Notes under the pieces: model-generated
Databases searched by the model: none
What the model was told of the DNA's origin: nothing
The model's input: only the letters and a program-made list of their open reading frames with translations
Source: a virus
Taxonomy: Duplodnaviria; Caudoviricetes
Reading direction: 5' to 3' (one strand)
DNA: 52,363 nucleotides
Virus record (IMG/VR): IMGVR_UViG_3300037069_001879
Location: 1-52,363 of that record
Made by a program: the position numbers and the translations under genes
Shown here: one piece after another, positions 18,412-27,195 of the stretch
Layout: each line of letters starts with the position of its first letter
Numbering within the stretch: the first letter of the stretch is position 1

Positions 18412-19122
18412 TTACTGCTGCTGACCTGCTGCTTTGTCTGCTTCCAATTTCTCAGCAGCCAGGAACGCGATCTTTTCCTCGGACATTTCGATAAGGTCAG
18501 CCTTTGTCCATTCAGGCTTTGGTGCCTCGCCGTAAAGCTCAGTATATTTTGCAGTCAGTTGATCCTTGTTCGCTTTTTTAAAGTCGAAAGGTACAACGGT
18601 TTCGCCGCCTGTGCCCTGAGTGCCTGCGCTCTGGGTGCTGGATGTGCTGTTGCCAGCTACGCCGGTTTTTTCCAACTGCTCGTCGCCAGGTTTACCTGCT
18701 GTGTTTTGCCCGTTTTCAAAGCCACCAGCTAATTTAGACTTATTGTCCTCGCTGTGGCGATCACCAAGCGACTGACCGCCCTGAGTTTGCGGGTTAAGGT
18801 TTGTATTGATACCGCTATCCTTGGGATCGTGCAAAACGGTAACCTTATAGCCTGCGAAGCCATTGGTTTCTTTCATCTGCTTAAACACCTTTGGTGAATA
18901 CTTTTGAATTTTGGGAACACCAAGCGGCTGCCCTGTGTGCGGGTCAAACTGAGGTATCTCTATTTTTGCATGGACCAGGTGTTTTTCGTGGCCGGGAAAT
19001 TCATAATCCGGATCCTCGGAACCTTTGGTATCGTTTTCAACATTACCATTATGCTGGTCGTGTTGGAGCTGGCGCATCTGCCCGTGGGTCAGGTTGTGAG
19101 CTTGAAATGGTTGCTTTTGCAT
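18412..19122 (-). CDS. Hypothetical virion-associated protein (low-complexity linker, small helical C-terminal domain)
   Basis: HAKIEIPQFDPHTG..LGVPKIQKY N-domain; start overlaps the portal 3' end. Confidence 0.55.
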   Translation of the reverse strand: MQKQPFQAHNLTHGQMRQLQHDQHNGNVENDTKGSEDPDYEFPGHEKHLVHAKIEIPQFDPHTGQPLGVPKIQKYSPKVFKQMKETNGFAGYKVTVLHDPKDSGINTNLNPQTQGGQSLGDRHSEDNKSKLAGGFENGQNTAGKPGDEQLEKTGVAGNSTSSTQSAGTQGTGGETVVPFDFKKANKDQLTAKYTELYGEAPKPEWTKADLIEMSEEKIAFLAAEKLEADKAAGQQQ

Positions 19123-20848
19123 ACTGTTGGAGTTTTAAATTTATGGCATTAATTTTACTTGCTTGATCTGTTTTCGAGCCAAATTCCACAATATTTATAT
19201 TTTCCCTCTCGAAACGGTCGATAAAACTATTAAAATTAATCTTAATAGCAAAATTAACCGCATCTATATTGTGGAGCCCTAATGTTGTTATTTGCGCAAT
19301 ACTGAGATCGGGCCAAGGTTCAAGTTGGTTTAAGACCTCGTTACGCTGTAGCGCCTCAGGATTGTTTCTGTTTTCGATCTTATTTGCAAGGTCGCGTATT
19401 TCTGCCAATTCGTACATCGGCTTGCCCGCGTTCTTTGCGTCAGCATAGCGTCCATTAAGGTCCTCTGCCCCGTGAAGGTAAAACTCGTCGCCTGAGCTAA
19501 TAGTGGAACCAAGATAATTACGGCGACCGTAACGCAGATAATTACAGGTGTCGTATATAAACTTGTCTGTAAGGTCTATGTTGGTTGCTATGCGTTGCAG
19601 GACATTCTGCTTGCTTTCGACGCTCTTTTGGACTTGCTTTTCATTCTGAGCCATGGCAGTTGGCTCAAGGTCTTGACCTACGCAAGTCAGGAAGGTGTCG
19701 TCCTCGAGATCGTCCAAATATGTCTTGCCATATTCCAGCTTGTCGTTGGATATTTCAGCAATATAAATTGGGTTTTTCATTAGGTCAACATCTTCGCCGT
19801 CCTTAGGAGCGTCAATGGTAACGCGGCTGCCTGGGCCTATTCCTTTACGCGCTGAGCAAGCTGGGCAGTCCTCCCAAACGCTCGTCGCTGCGTCCACGCC
19901 TGTCTGCATAATGCGTTCTACCTTACCACCTTCGCACATAGCGCCCTGATCGTTTTTGTAGTCGCAAACCTGTTTATAGGTAAAAATTATCGGGTAGTCA
20001 CCGTAAAGGCCGAGGTATTTAAAGCTGATATCCTTAAATAGGTACCAGTCAAGGTCGCCAAGCACGTTGGTAACAGGGCCGATCTTATCAATGAAGTTGC
20101 TGGACTTGCTTGCTGTTTTCCAAACGCCATTTGCAGGAACATAGCCTGGGCCGTCAACAACCACGCCCTGAGCGTCAAAGATTGAGTGTTGGCTTTCCAA
20201 TACCTTTTCCCACGTTGCGCCTTGTTCGGGCATTTTATATATCCTATAAAACTCGTCGTCCATTACGCACATTTGTGGCTTACCCTCGGTGTCTGTGATC
20301 TTATAAAACAGATATTCCAACTCCTCGTCCTCGTCAAAGGCGCAGTCGAAAACGCTGGATATTGAGATCAAAACAGGATAGGGCTCGGGGCGTGGCGTGA
20401 TCTGCTTTTGGGGCAGGTCGATAACCACAAAGGAGTTGAGTTGAGTTTTAACAGCCTCCCAACCTTTGGTCTGCATGTAGCTGCTAATTTTAACCTTTTG
20501 GTCGTACTCCTGAAAGTCGTTTAAAAGGGCAGGATCAATAAATTGCAGCTTTTTAATGCTGTTCATTGATTGAAACACCTTTTTAAGCTCAGTAAAGATA
20601 GATTGTGCCTGGCGGTTTGTGGGCAGTGGAACAGTTATCAGGCTGTTAAAGCGGTTCCATTTGTCTTGAGGGAGAATAGCCTGAACCCAAGCAATCCAGC
20701 GCCAAAACGCCTGGTTTAACTTGGTCTTATCCTGAACAGGCTCCGAGTGCATTACCAAACGCTGTTCTTGTCGAACGGCAAAAGAAATTTTATCCGAGTT
20801 TTTCGGGGCTGTTAATATCGCTTGTATTTGCTCCTCCGATAATCTCAT
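19049..20848 (-). CDS. Portal protein
   Basis: 599 aa upstream of scaffold and capsid; Zn-finger-like insertion (CDY...CEGG...CPAC); B40-8-like from recall. Confidence 0.78.
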   Translation of the reverse strand: MRLSEEQIQAILTAPKNSDKISFAVRQEQRLVMHSEPVQDKTKLNQAFWRWIAWVQAILPQDKWNRFNSLITVPLPTNRQAQSIFTELKKVFQSMNSIKKLQFIDPALLNDFQEYDQKVKISSYMQTKGWEAVKTQLNSFVVIDLPQKQITPRPEPYPVLISISSVFDCAFDEDEELEYLFYKITDTEGKPQMCVMDDEFYRIYKMPEQGATWEKVLESQHSIFDAQGVVVDGPGYVPANGVWKTASKSSNFIDKIGPVTNVLGDLDWYLFKDISFKYLGLYGDYPIIFTYKQVCDYKNDQGAMCEGGKVERIMQTGVDAATSVWEDCPACSARKGIGPGSRVTIDAPKDGEDVDLMKNPIYIAEISNDKLEYGKTYLDDLEDDTFLTCVGQDLEPTAMAQNEKQVQKSVESKQNVLQRIATNIDLTDKFIYDTCNYLRYGRRNYLGSTISSGDEFYLHGAEDLNGRYADAKNAGKPMYELAEIRDLANKIENRNNPEALQRNEVLNQLEPWPDLSIAQITTLGLHNIDAVNFAIKINFNSFIDRFERENINIVEFGSKTDQASKINAINLKLQQYAKATISSSQPDPRADAPAPTRPA

Positions 20849-21002
20849 GGTTTTTCTTTGACTTGGTTTGGCTTGCGTCTGTTTTCTGTTCCCAATGCGA
20901 AACGCCTAAACGTTTTTCCAAAGCAAGCAACCGTTCCGCGTGTTCAGGATGAAACTCCCGAGGTCCCAGTTGCTTGCTGTGTAGTGTGACTGTCTTTGCC
21001 AT
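20790..21002 (-). CDS. Small hypothetical protein
   Basis: 70 aa, tightly packed between the tail tube and portal genes. Confidence 0.55.
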   Translation of the reverse strand: MAKTVTLHSKQLGPREFHPEHAERLLALEKRLGVSHWEQKTDASQTKSKKNHEIIGGANTSDINSPEKLG

Positions 21003-21004
21003 TA

Positions 21005-21640
21005 TTATTGGTGAATATCTACCAGTGGATCAAATGCGGTTGGAGTGTATACCTGTGCGTAGTCGTCCCAGTCAGGCAGCAGATCAAAACCAATTTGGGT
21101 CTTGTTACGAGCGTTAAAACCCTGTGACCCAACAGACGAAACGCGGAAGTTATTAACCGGGAAACCATATATATGGGTTGCGTCTTTACCCATTGCAATG
21201 ATTTGGCTAAAGCGATTAACCATGTACACCGATAACCCTGACTGTCCAAGCGCGTTGGGTATGCTCTCAGGTGTCAGGTTCTTTAAAGCGCGTTTAGTTA
21301 ATGAGTCCAAACCAGGTATCTCAGCAGTTACAGGCACAAAGCCTTCGCCGTTGTACTGAGGAATACCGTTAATGGTTGTGTTATCGTTACCACCTACCTG
21401 TATTGCAGTAGATTGAGGGATAACAAGCTCAGCGAATTTTGGAGTGGCTACTACTTTAGTGCTGTCGGCAGCGGTAAGCAGTGGAGTCCATGTGGCTAAA
21501 AGCAGGATGCTTGTTGCCGTGAACGGTGCGGCAGATTGCACACGCTGGAAGATTAGCATTATGATTTGGTCGAAATCAATTTGGCAACCCTCAGGTACAA
21601 TGTCTGCAATGGCAGCGGGAGCGGGGCAGGTTCTTAACAT
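21005..21640 (-). CDS. Major tail tube protein (putative)
   Basis: CP...C..DFDQI..LIFQR N-terminus and GGNDNTTINGIP, as in B40-8-like major structural protein (recall); own promoter. Confidence 0.65.
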   Translation of the reverse strand: MLRTCPAPAAIADIVPEGCQIDFDQIIMLIFQRVQSAAPFTATSILLLATWTPLLTAADSTKVVATPKFAELVIPQSTAIQVGGNDNTTINGIPQYNGEGFVPVTAEIPGLDSLTKRALKNLTPESIPNALGQSGLSVYMVNRFSQIIAMGKDATHIYGFPVNNFRVSSVGSQGFNARNKTQIGFDLLPDWDDYAQVYTPTAFDPLVDIHQ

Positions 21641-21680
21641 TTTCTTAAATGATTAAATTAATTAATAAATGGTTTTGGTT

Positions 21681-21738
21681 GTGCCTATCCCGTTGCACCG
21701 ACTATGCTACAAATATATAAAAATATTTAACAAACAAA
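21681..21738 (-). promoter_or_regulatory. Late promoter and leader hairpin of the tail-tube/portal operon
   Basis: TTTG-17 nt-TATATTTG followed by GTGC-AACGGGATAG-GCAC. Confidence 0.55.
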
Positions 21739-21753
21739 TTTTTTGGTTAAATT

Positions 21754-22290
21754 TTATTCGGGCATATAAACGCAGCCCAAATAGTTCAATCCGTTGACGG
21801 AGTGAGGCTTGTTGGTTGTGTGGTGGTTCTCAGCTACCTCGTCGCCGTTTCTCGAACCGTCAGTATTGGAGTTGCCCTCCGAGCTTGTAAACGAGGACGT
21901 ACCGTCGCAAGTAAGGCAGATACCCACATGGCCGTTTGTACCGTTACCTTCTACCCAAAACACCAGCGCGCCTGGGCGTGGTATTAAACCGGTTTTAAAT
22001 TCCTTCGACGCCTTAAAGTTCGTCCACATTTCGTGGGTTGACGCTGAGCAATATTTTTTAAGCAGCGCAAGGACGGTTGGGTTGTCAGCGTATGCATCAA
22101 ACAGCACACACATAACATAAAAACCACACCAGCTCGCCGTACGATAAAAGCCAACAGCTACCATCTTTTTAGCGAAGTCAATAACGCGACCTAAGGAGTC
22201 TTTCAGGTTGTTTTGAAATCCCAGGTTGGGAGATATTTCTTTTTCGCCCTTGTAAACTGAGCATAAGGCGAGGATTTTTGATACGTACAT
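21754..22290 (-). CDS. CHAP-domain peptidoglycan amidase/endopeptidase
   Basis: SWCGFYV (catalytic Cys), PRPGALVFW, GHVGI (His), EGNSN. Confidence 0.88.
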   Translation of the reverse strand: MYVSKILALCSVYKGEKEISPNLGFQNNLKDSLGRVIDFAKKMVAVGFYRTASWCGFYVMCVLFDAYADNPTVLALLKKYCSASTHEMWTNFKASKEFKTGLIPRPGALVFWVEGNGTNGHVGICLTCDGTSSFTSSEGNSNTDGSRNGDEVAENHHTTNKPHSVNGLNYLGCVYMPE

Positions 22291-22328
22291 GGCTGATCTG
22301 TTTGGTTAAGTTAGAACAAATATGGAAA

Positions 22329-23861
22329 TTAATTTTCTACGGTCATACCTTTTCTTTCCGCGGTCAGCTCAAAAGCGTAACGCATCATTATGGTGTCTGC
22401 AAAGTCAGGCGACATGCCACCAAGTATATTTTTCTGTTCCTCTTTGTCGTTAATCTGCTTTTTGCCCTCTTTGTCGATCTCAGCGCGTTTAATCGCGAGG
22501 AGCTGCTTTTTAATCAGATCGCGAATTTCCCAAAGTTTGCCTCCGACCTTTACCTGTGTGCCAAGATAACCCGTAGTCGCTGAGTTGTCATATATCATAC
22601 AGGTTTCCCTGTTAAGGTTTATCCTGATCTGCCCTTTATTGATAATCTCCTCACAAACGCGGTAGTAACATTGCGTTTTAAAGTTCTTATAATTTTCCTT
22701 GATGCGGCTATCGGGATCCTTAACAGCAGGGTTACCGCCTTTGAAACCTTTATAGCCTCCAAGCGCAACGGCTCCACCACCAACGCCGTCCTGATCCACG
22801 ATAACGTCCGATTTCATAACGTTAAACTTGCGCCTCAGTCCCTCAATGCAAGTAACTATGTCGTTAACATCTGATTTGACGTACACGACAATATAAACCA
22901 CCTCCCAGCCTTTCCACACGAATATTACGCAAAGGTCGCGGCCAAAACGGGCAGCATCACACGTTATAAAGCGCCTTGGACGGTCATTCTGTTCAGGATA
23001 GTTGCTGTAAATGTCCTGCAAGCGCGGATAGTCAACCAACCCTAAGCCGTCCAGCCTGATCTTCCAGTTACCGTCAAGCAAGCGCGTTTTAATATCCTCA
23101 TCCTGTGATAAGAGGTTACCCAGGTAGCCAGGGTCAATGTCAAGCAGGATATTGTTTTCATAGATCGAACCAGGGATAAAGGATACTGACTTTATAAGGT
23201 CGCTCATATTCCTATCCCTCAGTTTTTCGTTATTGAAAATGTGCGGACATTTCTCTATGACCTCGCGAGGTGTATCGCCCCATACGTATCTGCCATTGTC
23301 CTGTATCATATAGCGTAACACGCCAGCGCGTTCAGGGATAGGAAATCCTGTTTCTTGGTTGATCCACCATTCGAGAAGCTCCGCCACCCAACTATCGGGG
23401 TCAGGGTTGCAACCAGCACGAATGTAAGGGCGGATGCCGCACTCAGACCTGTTCCTGCTGAGCATATAAAAAAACTGTTCCTTGGTGAAGTGGGTAAGCT
23501 CGTCAAAGCCAATAAGGCAGATTTGCGACCCTTGCCAGTCCAAAACGTTCTTGTCATACTCTAAGTGCGAAAACTTTAATTTGCAGCCAGCGGGGAAACG
23601 CCAGGTTAGTCTGCTTTCGATCGGCGTGGCTCCTACAAGTGGAAAGAGCTTCATGGACGTGTCCCAAAGGCCGCCTTCGCTCGTTATTTGCGGCGAGGTT
23701 CGACGAAAGTAAACCGCACCAAACTTTGGATTGTCTGCGTGTCGCAAGTACTCCATGAGCATCACGAATGTTTTACCGCAACCCGCTGAACCTCCCATTA
23801 TTAAAATGTCCGCTGGACTCGCAAGGGCAGCCTCCTGGAAACCGGGTTGGGGTTTAATCAT
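22329..23861 (-). CDS. terL: Terminase large subunit
   Basis: PQPGFQ, Walker A GGSAGCGKT, Walker B IGFDELTHF, CNPD, nuclease motifs DAARFGRD and SPDFAD. Confidence 0.96.
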   Translation of the reverse strand: MIKPQPGFQEAALASPADILIMGGSAGCGKTFVMLMEYLRHADNPKFGAVYFRRTSPQITSEGGLWDTSMKLFPLVGATPIESRLTWRFPAGCKLKFSHLEYDKNVLDWQGSQICLIGFDELTHFTKEQFFYMLSRNRSECGIRPYIRAGCNPDPDSWVAELLEWWINQETGFPIPERAGVLRYMIQDNGRYVWGDTPREVIEKCPHIFNNEKLRDRNMSDLIKSVSFIPGSIYENNILLDIDPGYLGNLLSQDEDIKTRLLDGNWKIRLDGLGLVDYPRLQDIYSNYPEQNDRPRRFITCDAARFGRDLCVIFVWKGWEVVYIVVYVKSDVNDIVTCIEGLRRKFNVMKSDVIVDQDGVGGGAVALGGYKGFKGGNPAVKDPDSRIKENYKNFKTQCYYRVCEEIINKGQIRINLNRETCMIYDNSATTGYLGTQVKVGGKLWEIRDLIKKQLLAIKRAEIDKEGKKQINDKEEQKNILGGMSPDFADTIMMRYAFELTAERKGMTVEN

Positions 23862-23878
23862 AGTTTACAAACATAATT

Positions 23879-23997
23879 AAAAAAGGCCTGCACGTGGGTA
23901 CAAACCTTTTTTACTATCTCCCCATTTGTCGGAATCCTAAACAACATTGCTATGGATGATGCATATAACATTGCGGGTTGTCCGTAAAGCAAATGTA
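23879..23997 (-). ncRNA. Candidate small RNA 2 (promoter to terminator, no ORF)
   Basis: -7 box TACATTTG at 23997-23990; terminator hairpin with G.U pairs at 23881-23910. Confidence 0.3.
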
Positions 23998-24000
23998 AAC

Positions 24001-24096
24001 AAAAAAGGGAGCGTTGGCAAATCTGCTACCTACGCATCCCTTTCGGTCATTTACGCTAAAAATGAGTTCCTTCAAATATACTGCATTGCAAATGTA
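24001..24096 (-). ncRNA. Candidate small RNA 1 with a UUAGCGU-loop hairpin
   Basis: -7 boxes TACATTTG/TATATTTG, hairpin TCATTT-TTAGCGT-AAATGA, terminator GGGATGCGTAGGTAG..TTGCCAACGCTCCC-T6. Confidence 0.4.
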
Positions 24097-24112
24097 TATT
24101 CCTAATAATTTA

Positions 24113-24319
24113 TTAGACCGCCGTGGCTGAATACGCCATTGCCGAGTACGCGGACTTGTCTTTGTAAACATAGCCGTAAATACTAAACGCCTGGTCTATG
24201 GCGTCCTGCTCGTTTTCTGCTTTAAACGTGGCGGGCCTAATCTGCGGTTCCTCCATGGCGGTCAAACAAGGAGCTTTTTGACCTTTGATTTCGATAAAAA
24301 CATTCCAATTAATTGTCAT
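24113..24319 (-). CDS. Hypothetical protein
   Basis: Last ORF of a tightly packed leftward early operon. Confidence 0.55.
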   Translation of the reverse strand: MTINWNVFIEIKGQKAPCLTAMEEPQIRPATFKAENEQDAIDQAFSIYGYVYKDKSAYSAMAYSATAV

Positions 24320-24707
24320 GGTGCTTATATTTTGGTTTATGTGTGTGCAGGTTAAACTGCTTATTTACCTTGTCGATCATTTCGGACAAGGTTTCAGTGG
24401 ACATACCAAGTATGCCCGGTCCATTCAGGGCTCTCATTAAAACGGCGCGTAACAATAACAACTCGTCAGCGTCGAACAGCGCGCCGCTCAGCTCGTCAAA
24501 GGCAAACGCTTTAAGCTCGCCCAGGAAGATAACCTTATCTGAGTGCGCCTTTATCCACTCAATGTCCTCGAGGTGTTTTTCCATTCCAGGCTCGTTTACT
24601 ATGGCAATCGTAAAATCATTACCGATCTCCTCATGGGGAAACAGTTTGGTAACGGTTCTGTAAAGTTGGTTCCAGGACGCGAAGCCCTCAGGTAGTTTTC
24701 TGTCCAT
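24309..24707 (-). CDS. Hypothetical protein
   Basis: Overlapping-gene operon packing. Confidence 0.6.
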   Translation of the reverse strand: MDRKLPEGFASWNQLYRTVTKLFPHEEIGNDFTIAIVNEPGMEKHLEDIEWIKAHSDKVIFLGELKAFAFDELSGALFDADELLLLRAVLMRALNGPGILGMSTETLSEMIDKVNKQFNLHTHKPKYKHHDN

Positions 24708-25056
24708 TTATTTTGTTTTTGCTGGTTAATATCTCTTGAAAGTTTAAATATTTCTTGCAGGTGTAAACGCTGAAATACAGCGTCCAAAAGCCTGGTTTCT
24801 CGCCCTTTGTCAGAACGTCCTTAAGTTTCTTGCCTTCCCAACGCTGAGTTAAAAAGGTTATGTTAAAAAAGCCCGACACCTGTAATTTGCTTGGATCCTC
24901 CGTCTGCTCAACCATATAGGTCTTATCCTTTATGAAGTTGCCGCGTATTTCTACAATCTCGCAGGCTTGCTCAGGGTGTGCTGCCCAGCTCCAGGTGTCT
25001 TTACCGCTGGTCGTCGCGTTCGACTTGTAAATAAAAGTTCGCTTAGATTTTTCCAC
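24688..25056 (-). CDS. Hypothetical protein
   Basis: Operon packing. Confidence 0.55.
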   Translation of the reverse strand: MEKSKRTFIYKSNATTSGKDTWSWAAHPEQACEIVEIRGNFIKDKTYMVEQTEDPSKLQVSGFFNITFLTQRWEGKKLKDVLTKGEKPGFWTLYFSVYTCKKYLNFQEILTSKNKINGQKTT

Positions 25057-25267
25057 CTTTAAGTGCTGCCTTTAAATTTTGGTCGTACACGCTGAGCACC
25101 TCGCTTGCAAGCTTTAGGATTTCATGGGCGCGGCTTTGATCGCGGCCATTGTTTGGTATCCTATATTGTGTTATGCACTGTTTTAAAGCAGCGACATAGT
25201 TAGCCAACAGCCCTGTGGGCATCAGGCGCAATGCCTTGTACAGGATTTGTTTTTCGATCTCTTCCAT
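25043..25267 (-). CDS. Hypothetical protein
   Basis: Coupled TAATG start. Confidence 0.55.
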   Translation of the reverse strand: MEEIEKQILYKALRLMPTGLLANYVAALKQCITQYRIPNNGRDQSRAHEILKLASEVLSVYDQNLKAALKGGKI

Positions 25268-25464
25268 TATACTGTGTAATTAATTTGCTTTTTGTCAAGG
25301 ATCCAGGTTTCGATCTCAATCCGCTGAGTATTAGGATCCCACGATCTCACGCAGGCGTCCGGTATCCAATGAATTTGTGTATTCTTTAGCTGCAAACGCC
25401 AGGCTTTGTCGCTTCGCTGTAACAGGGCTTTAATCGTAAGGTTTGCGGTTTGGTTGCTGCTCAT
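25267..25464 (-). CDS. Hypothetical small beta protein
   Basis: SDKAW...WIP...ETWI pattern common in small phage proteins; ATGA coupling. Confidence 0.6.
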   Translation of the reverse strand: MSSNQTANLTIKALLQRSDKAWRLQLKNTQIHWIPDACVRSWDPNTQRIEIETWILDKKQINYTV

Positions 25465-26129
25465 ATACCAAATTTTATTTTAACCACCTCGACAATGGTT
25501 AAGTATGCCTTAGCAAAAACATTATCGGCATGCGTTCTTATAACCTGAGCTATAAATTCCTCAAGCGTACCAAAGAAGCAACCGCAAACGACCTTTATTA
25601 ACTTGTCTTTACACTTAAAAAAGGTGGTTGATCTGTTTTCGGATCCAAAGTTTTGAAATACGCAGTAATCATTGTTGGATTTAATTTCTGCATTACCGCA
25701 AACCCATGCATTACCGCAAACCCGTGCATTACCGTAAACCTCTGCATCACCGGAAACCCATGCATTACCGTAAACCCGTGCATTACCGCAAACCTCTGCA
25801 TTACCGCAAACCCATGCATTACCGCAAACCCGTGCATTACCGTAAACCTCTGCATCACCGGAAACCCATGCATCACCGGAAACCCATGCATTACCGTAAA
25901 CCCGTGCATTACCGCAAACCTCTGCATTACCGTAAACCTCTGCATCACCGGAAACCCATGCATTACCGTAAACCCGTGCATTACCGTTCGGCGTGTTTTC
26001 CGCGTCCACCCAGCCACCTAAGTCGCCAGGGTTGGCATACTTGGTTTTTTTGGTACATTTAATTCTGAATAGCTTAATACCAAAAACGTTTACTTTGGTT
26101 TCGCTGGTTAGTTCATAATATTTTTCCAT
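25461..26129 (-). CDS. Hexapeptide-repeat (left-handed beta-helix) protein, common phage family
   Basis: KLFRI...GDLGGWV N-domain, tandem G[ND]AxVx repeats, C-terminal VVCGCFFGTLEEF. Confidence 0.85.
   Translation of the reverse strand: MEKYYELTSETKVNVFGIKLFRIKCTKKTKYANPGDLGGWVDAENTPNGNARVYGNAWVSGDAEVYGNAEVCGNARVYGNAWVSGDAWVSGDAEVYGNARVCGNAWVCGNAEVCGNARVYGNAWVSGDAEVYGNARVCGNAWVCGNAEIKSNNDYCVFQNFGSENRSTTFFKCKDKLIKVVCGCFFGTLEEFIAQVIRTHADNVFAKAYLTIVEVVKIKFGI
25689..25985. repeat. 18-bp coding tandem repeat (about 16 units)
   Basis: GCATYACCGNAAACCYNT units; explains the spurious repetitive ORFs in other frames. Confidence 0.9.
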
Positions 26130-26135
26130 TGCCTT

Positions 26136-26279
26136 TTACTTATTGGTGATTTGGTTAATTAATGAGTTACCGCGTTTTAACGAAGCCGCCAACGCTGCTA
26201 TACTTGCAGGTGTTACACCTTGTATTTTGTTGCGGATTTCTATGCGTTTAGCTTCGGCCTGTGGGTTGGTGGTTTTCAT
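26136..26279 (-). CDS. 47-aa hypothetical protein (not in the ORF track)
   Basis: MKTTNPQAEAKRIEIRNKIQ...; ATGA-coupled to the upstream ORF and fills the operon gap. Confidence 0.55.
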   Translation of the reverse strand: MKTTNPQAEAKRIEIRNKIQGVTPASIAALAASLKRGNSLINQITNK

Positions 26280-26446
26280 AATGCTGGGTAAAGTTTGTTA
26301 CCGTTTTCTAAATAAACATTTGATTTGTGAATTGAACGCAGACGGTTACCGTTAGGTGAGTGGTAATAATAGGTTTCGTTTTTACCCTTACCTTTTATCA
26401 CTTCGATTTTTTCTCCTGTTAGTTGATTGATTGCGTACATTTTCAT
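26276..26446 (-). CDS. Hypothetical protein
   Basis: First gene after the leftward promoter; start moved to ATG 26446. Confidence 0.5.
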   Translation of the reverse strand: MKMYAINQLTGEKIEVIKGKGKNETYYYHSPNGNRLRSIHKSNVYLENGNKLYPAL

Positions 26447-26463
26447 TATCATTAATTCGATGT

Positions 26464-26568
26464 ACAATAATAGGCACAATTATTTAATCTACCAAATTTA
26501 TTTTAAAATATTTTTTAAAATTTATTTTGTTTTTTATTTGGTGGTATGGAACCATATACCGACATTTG
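26464..26568. promoter_or_regulatory. Divergent early promoters flanking a conserved 29-bp AT box
   Basis: Leftward TTTG-20 nt-TATTATTG, rightward TTTG-20 nt-GACATTTG; box at 26492-26520. Confidence 0.65.
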
Positions 26569-26589
26569 ATTAAACAAAACAAAAAAACC

Positions 26590-26736
26590 ATGATAATCAC
26601 AGCATTAAAACAGACATTCAAAGGAAAAGCAACCAACAGCGAATTGCTGATTGCTTTTGTCGTATTTGCAACCATAGCAGGCACAGCGTTTGCTATCTAT
26701 GCTTATAAGCACCCAATTAATTTTCCTACTTATTAA
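26590..26736 (+). CDS. Small single-TM protein
   Basis: LLIAFVVFATIAGTAFAIYAY helix; start ATG 26590. Confidence 0.5.
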   Translation: MIITALKQTFKGKATNSELLIAFVVFATIAGTAFAIYAYKHPINFPTY

Positions 26737-26757
26737 TCACTTATTCATTACGCTAAA

Positions 26758-27195
26758 ATGAAAACAGTATTTTTCACAATCGCAACCAACAACATCCTCA
26801 GGATAGCCAGCTCAAAAGACTATCCTATAGGTAAAGAGGTTGCAGAAGGTCTAAACCATTTAATTGATATGACCCGCGACGCCAATGGTAAAAGGCCTGA
26901 GCTTAGCCTCGAGGACTTTGAATTTATCCACCAACATTTAAGGGTTAGCTTATTTTTTGAAAACGATCAATCCGAAGGTGTAAATAATTTGGTGCTACCG
27001 CTTCGCGACTTTCGCAAATGGATCGTTTGGAATGGTAAAGCTATTTGGCATAACCAACAGCAAGGTGTTTTGGCCTGGGCTGAGACCTTTGCCGAAGAGG
27101 TAAACACCTCCTGCGTTCGCGAATACCTTAACGATATTTGCATGGGTCGTGTGTGCTATAAACAAGCTGAGTTTACTATCCACAGCGAGGAATAA
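26758..27195 (+). CDS. Hypothetical protein
   Basis: 145 aa in the rightward early cassette. Confidence 0.6.
   Translation: MKTVFFTIATNNILRIASSKDYPIGKEVAEGLNHLIDMTRDANGKRPELSLEDFEFIHQHLRVSLFFENDQSEGVNNLVLPLRDFRKWIVWNGKAIWHNQQQGVLAWAETFAEEVNTSCVREYLNDICMGRVCYKQAEFTIHSEE

Noticed and set aside
24062-24130. Short plus-strand ORF after ACGCTAAAA
   Set aside because: About 22 codons, antisense to its neighbours, no plus-strand promoter; the minus-strand promoter/terminator reading fits better
25598-26062. CRISPR-like array, or the repetitive ORFs (MHYRKP..., CITANP..., VMHGF...)
   Set aside because: Contiguous 18-bp coding repeats without spacers; the alternative frames are by-products
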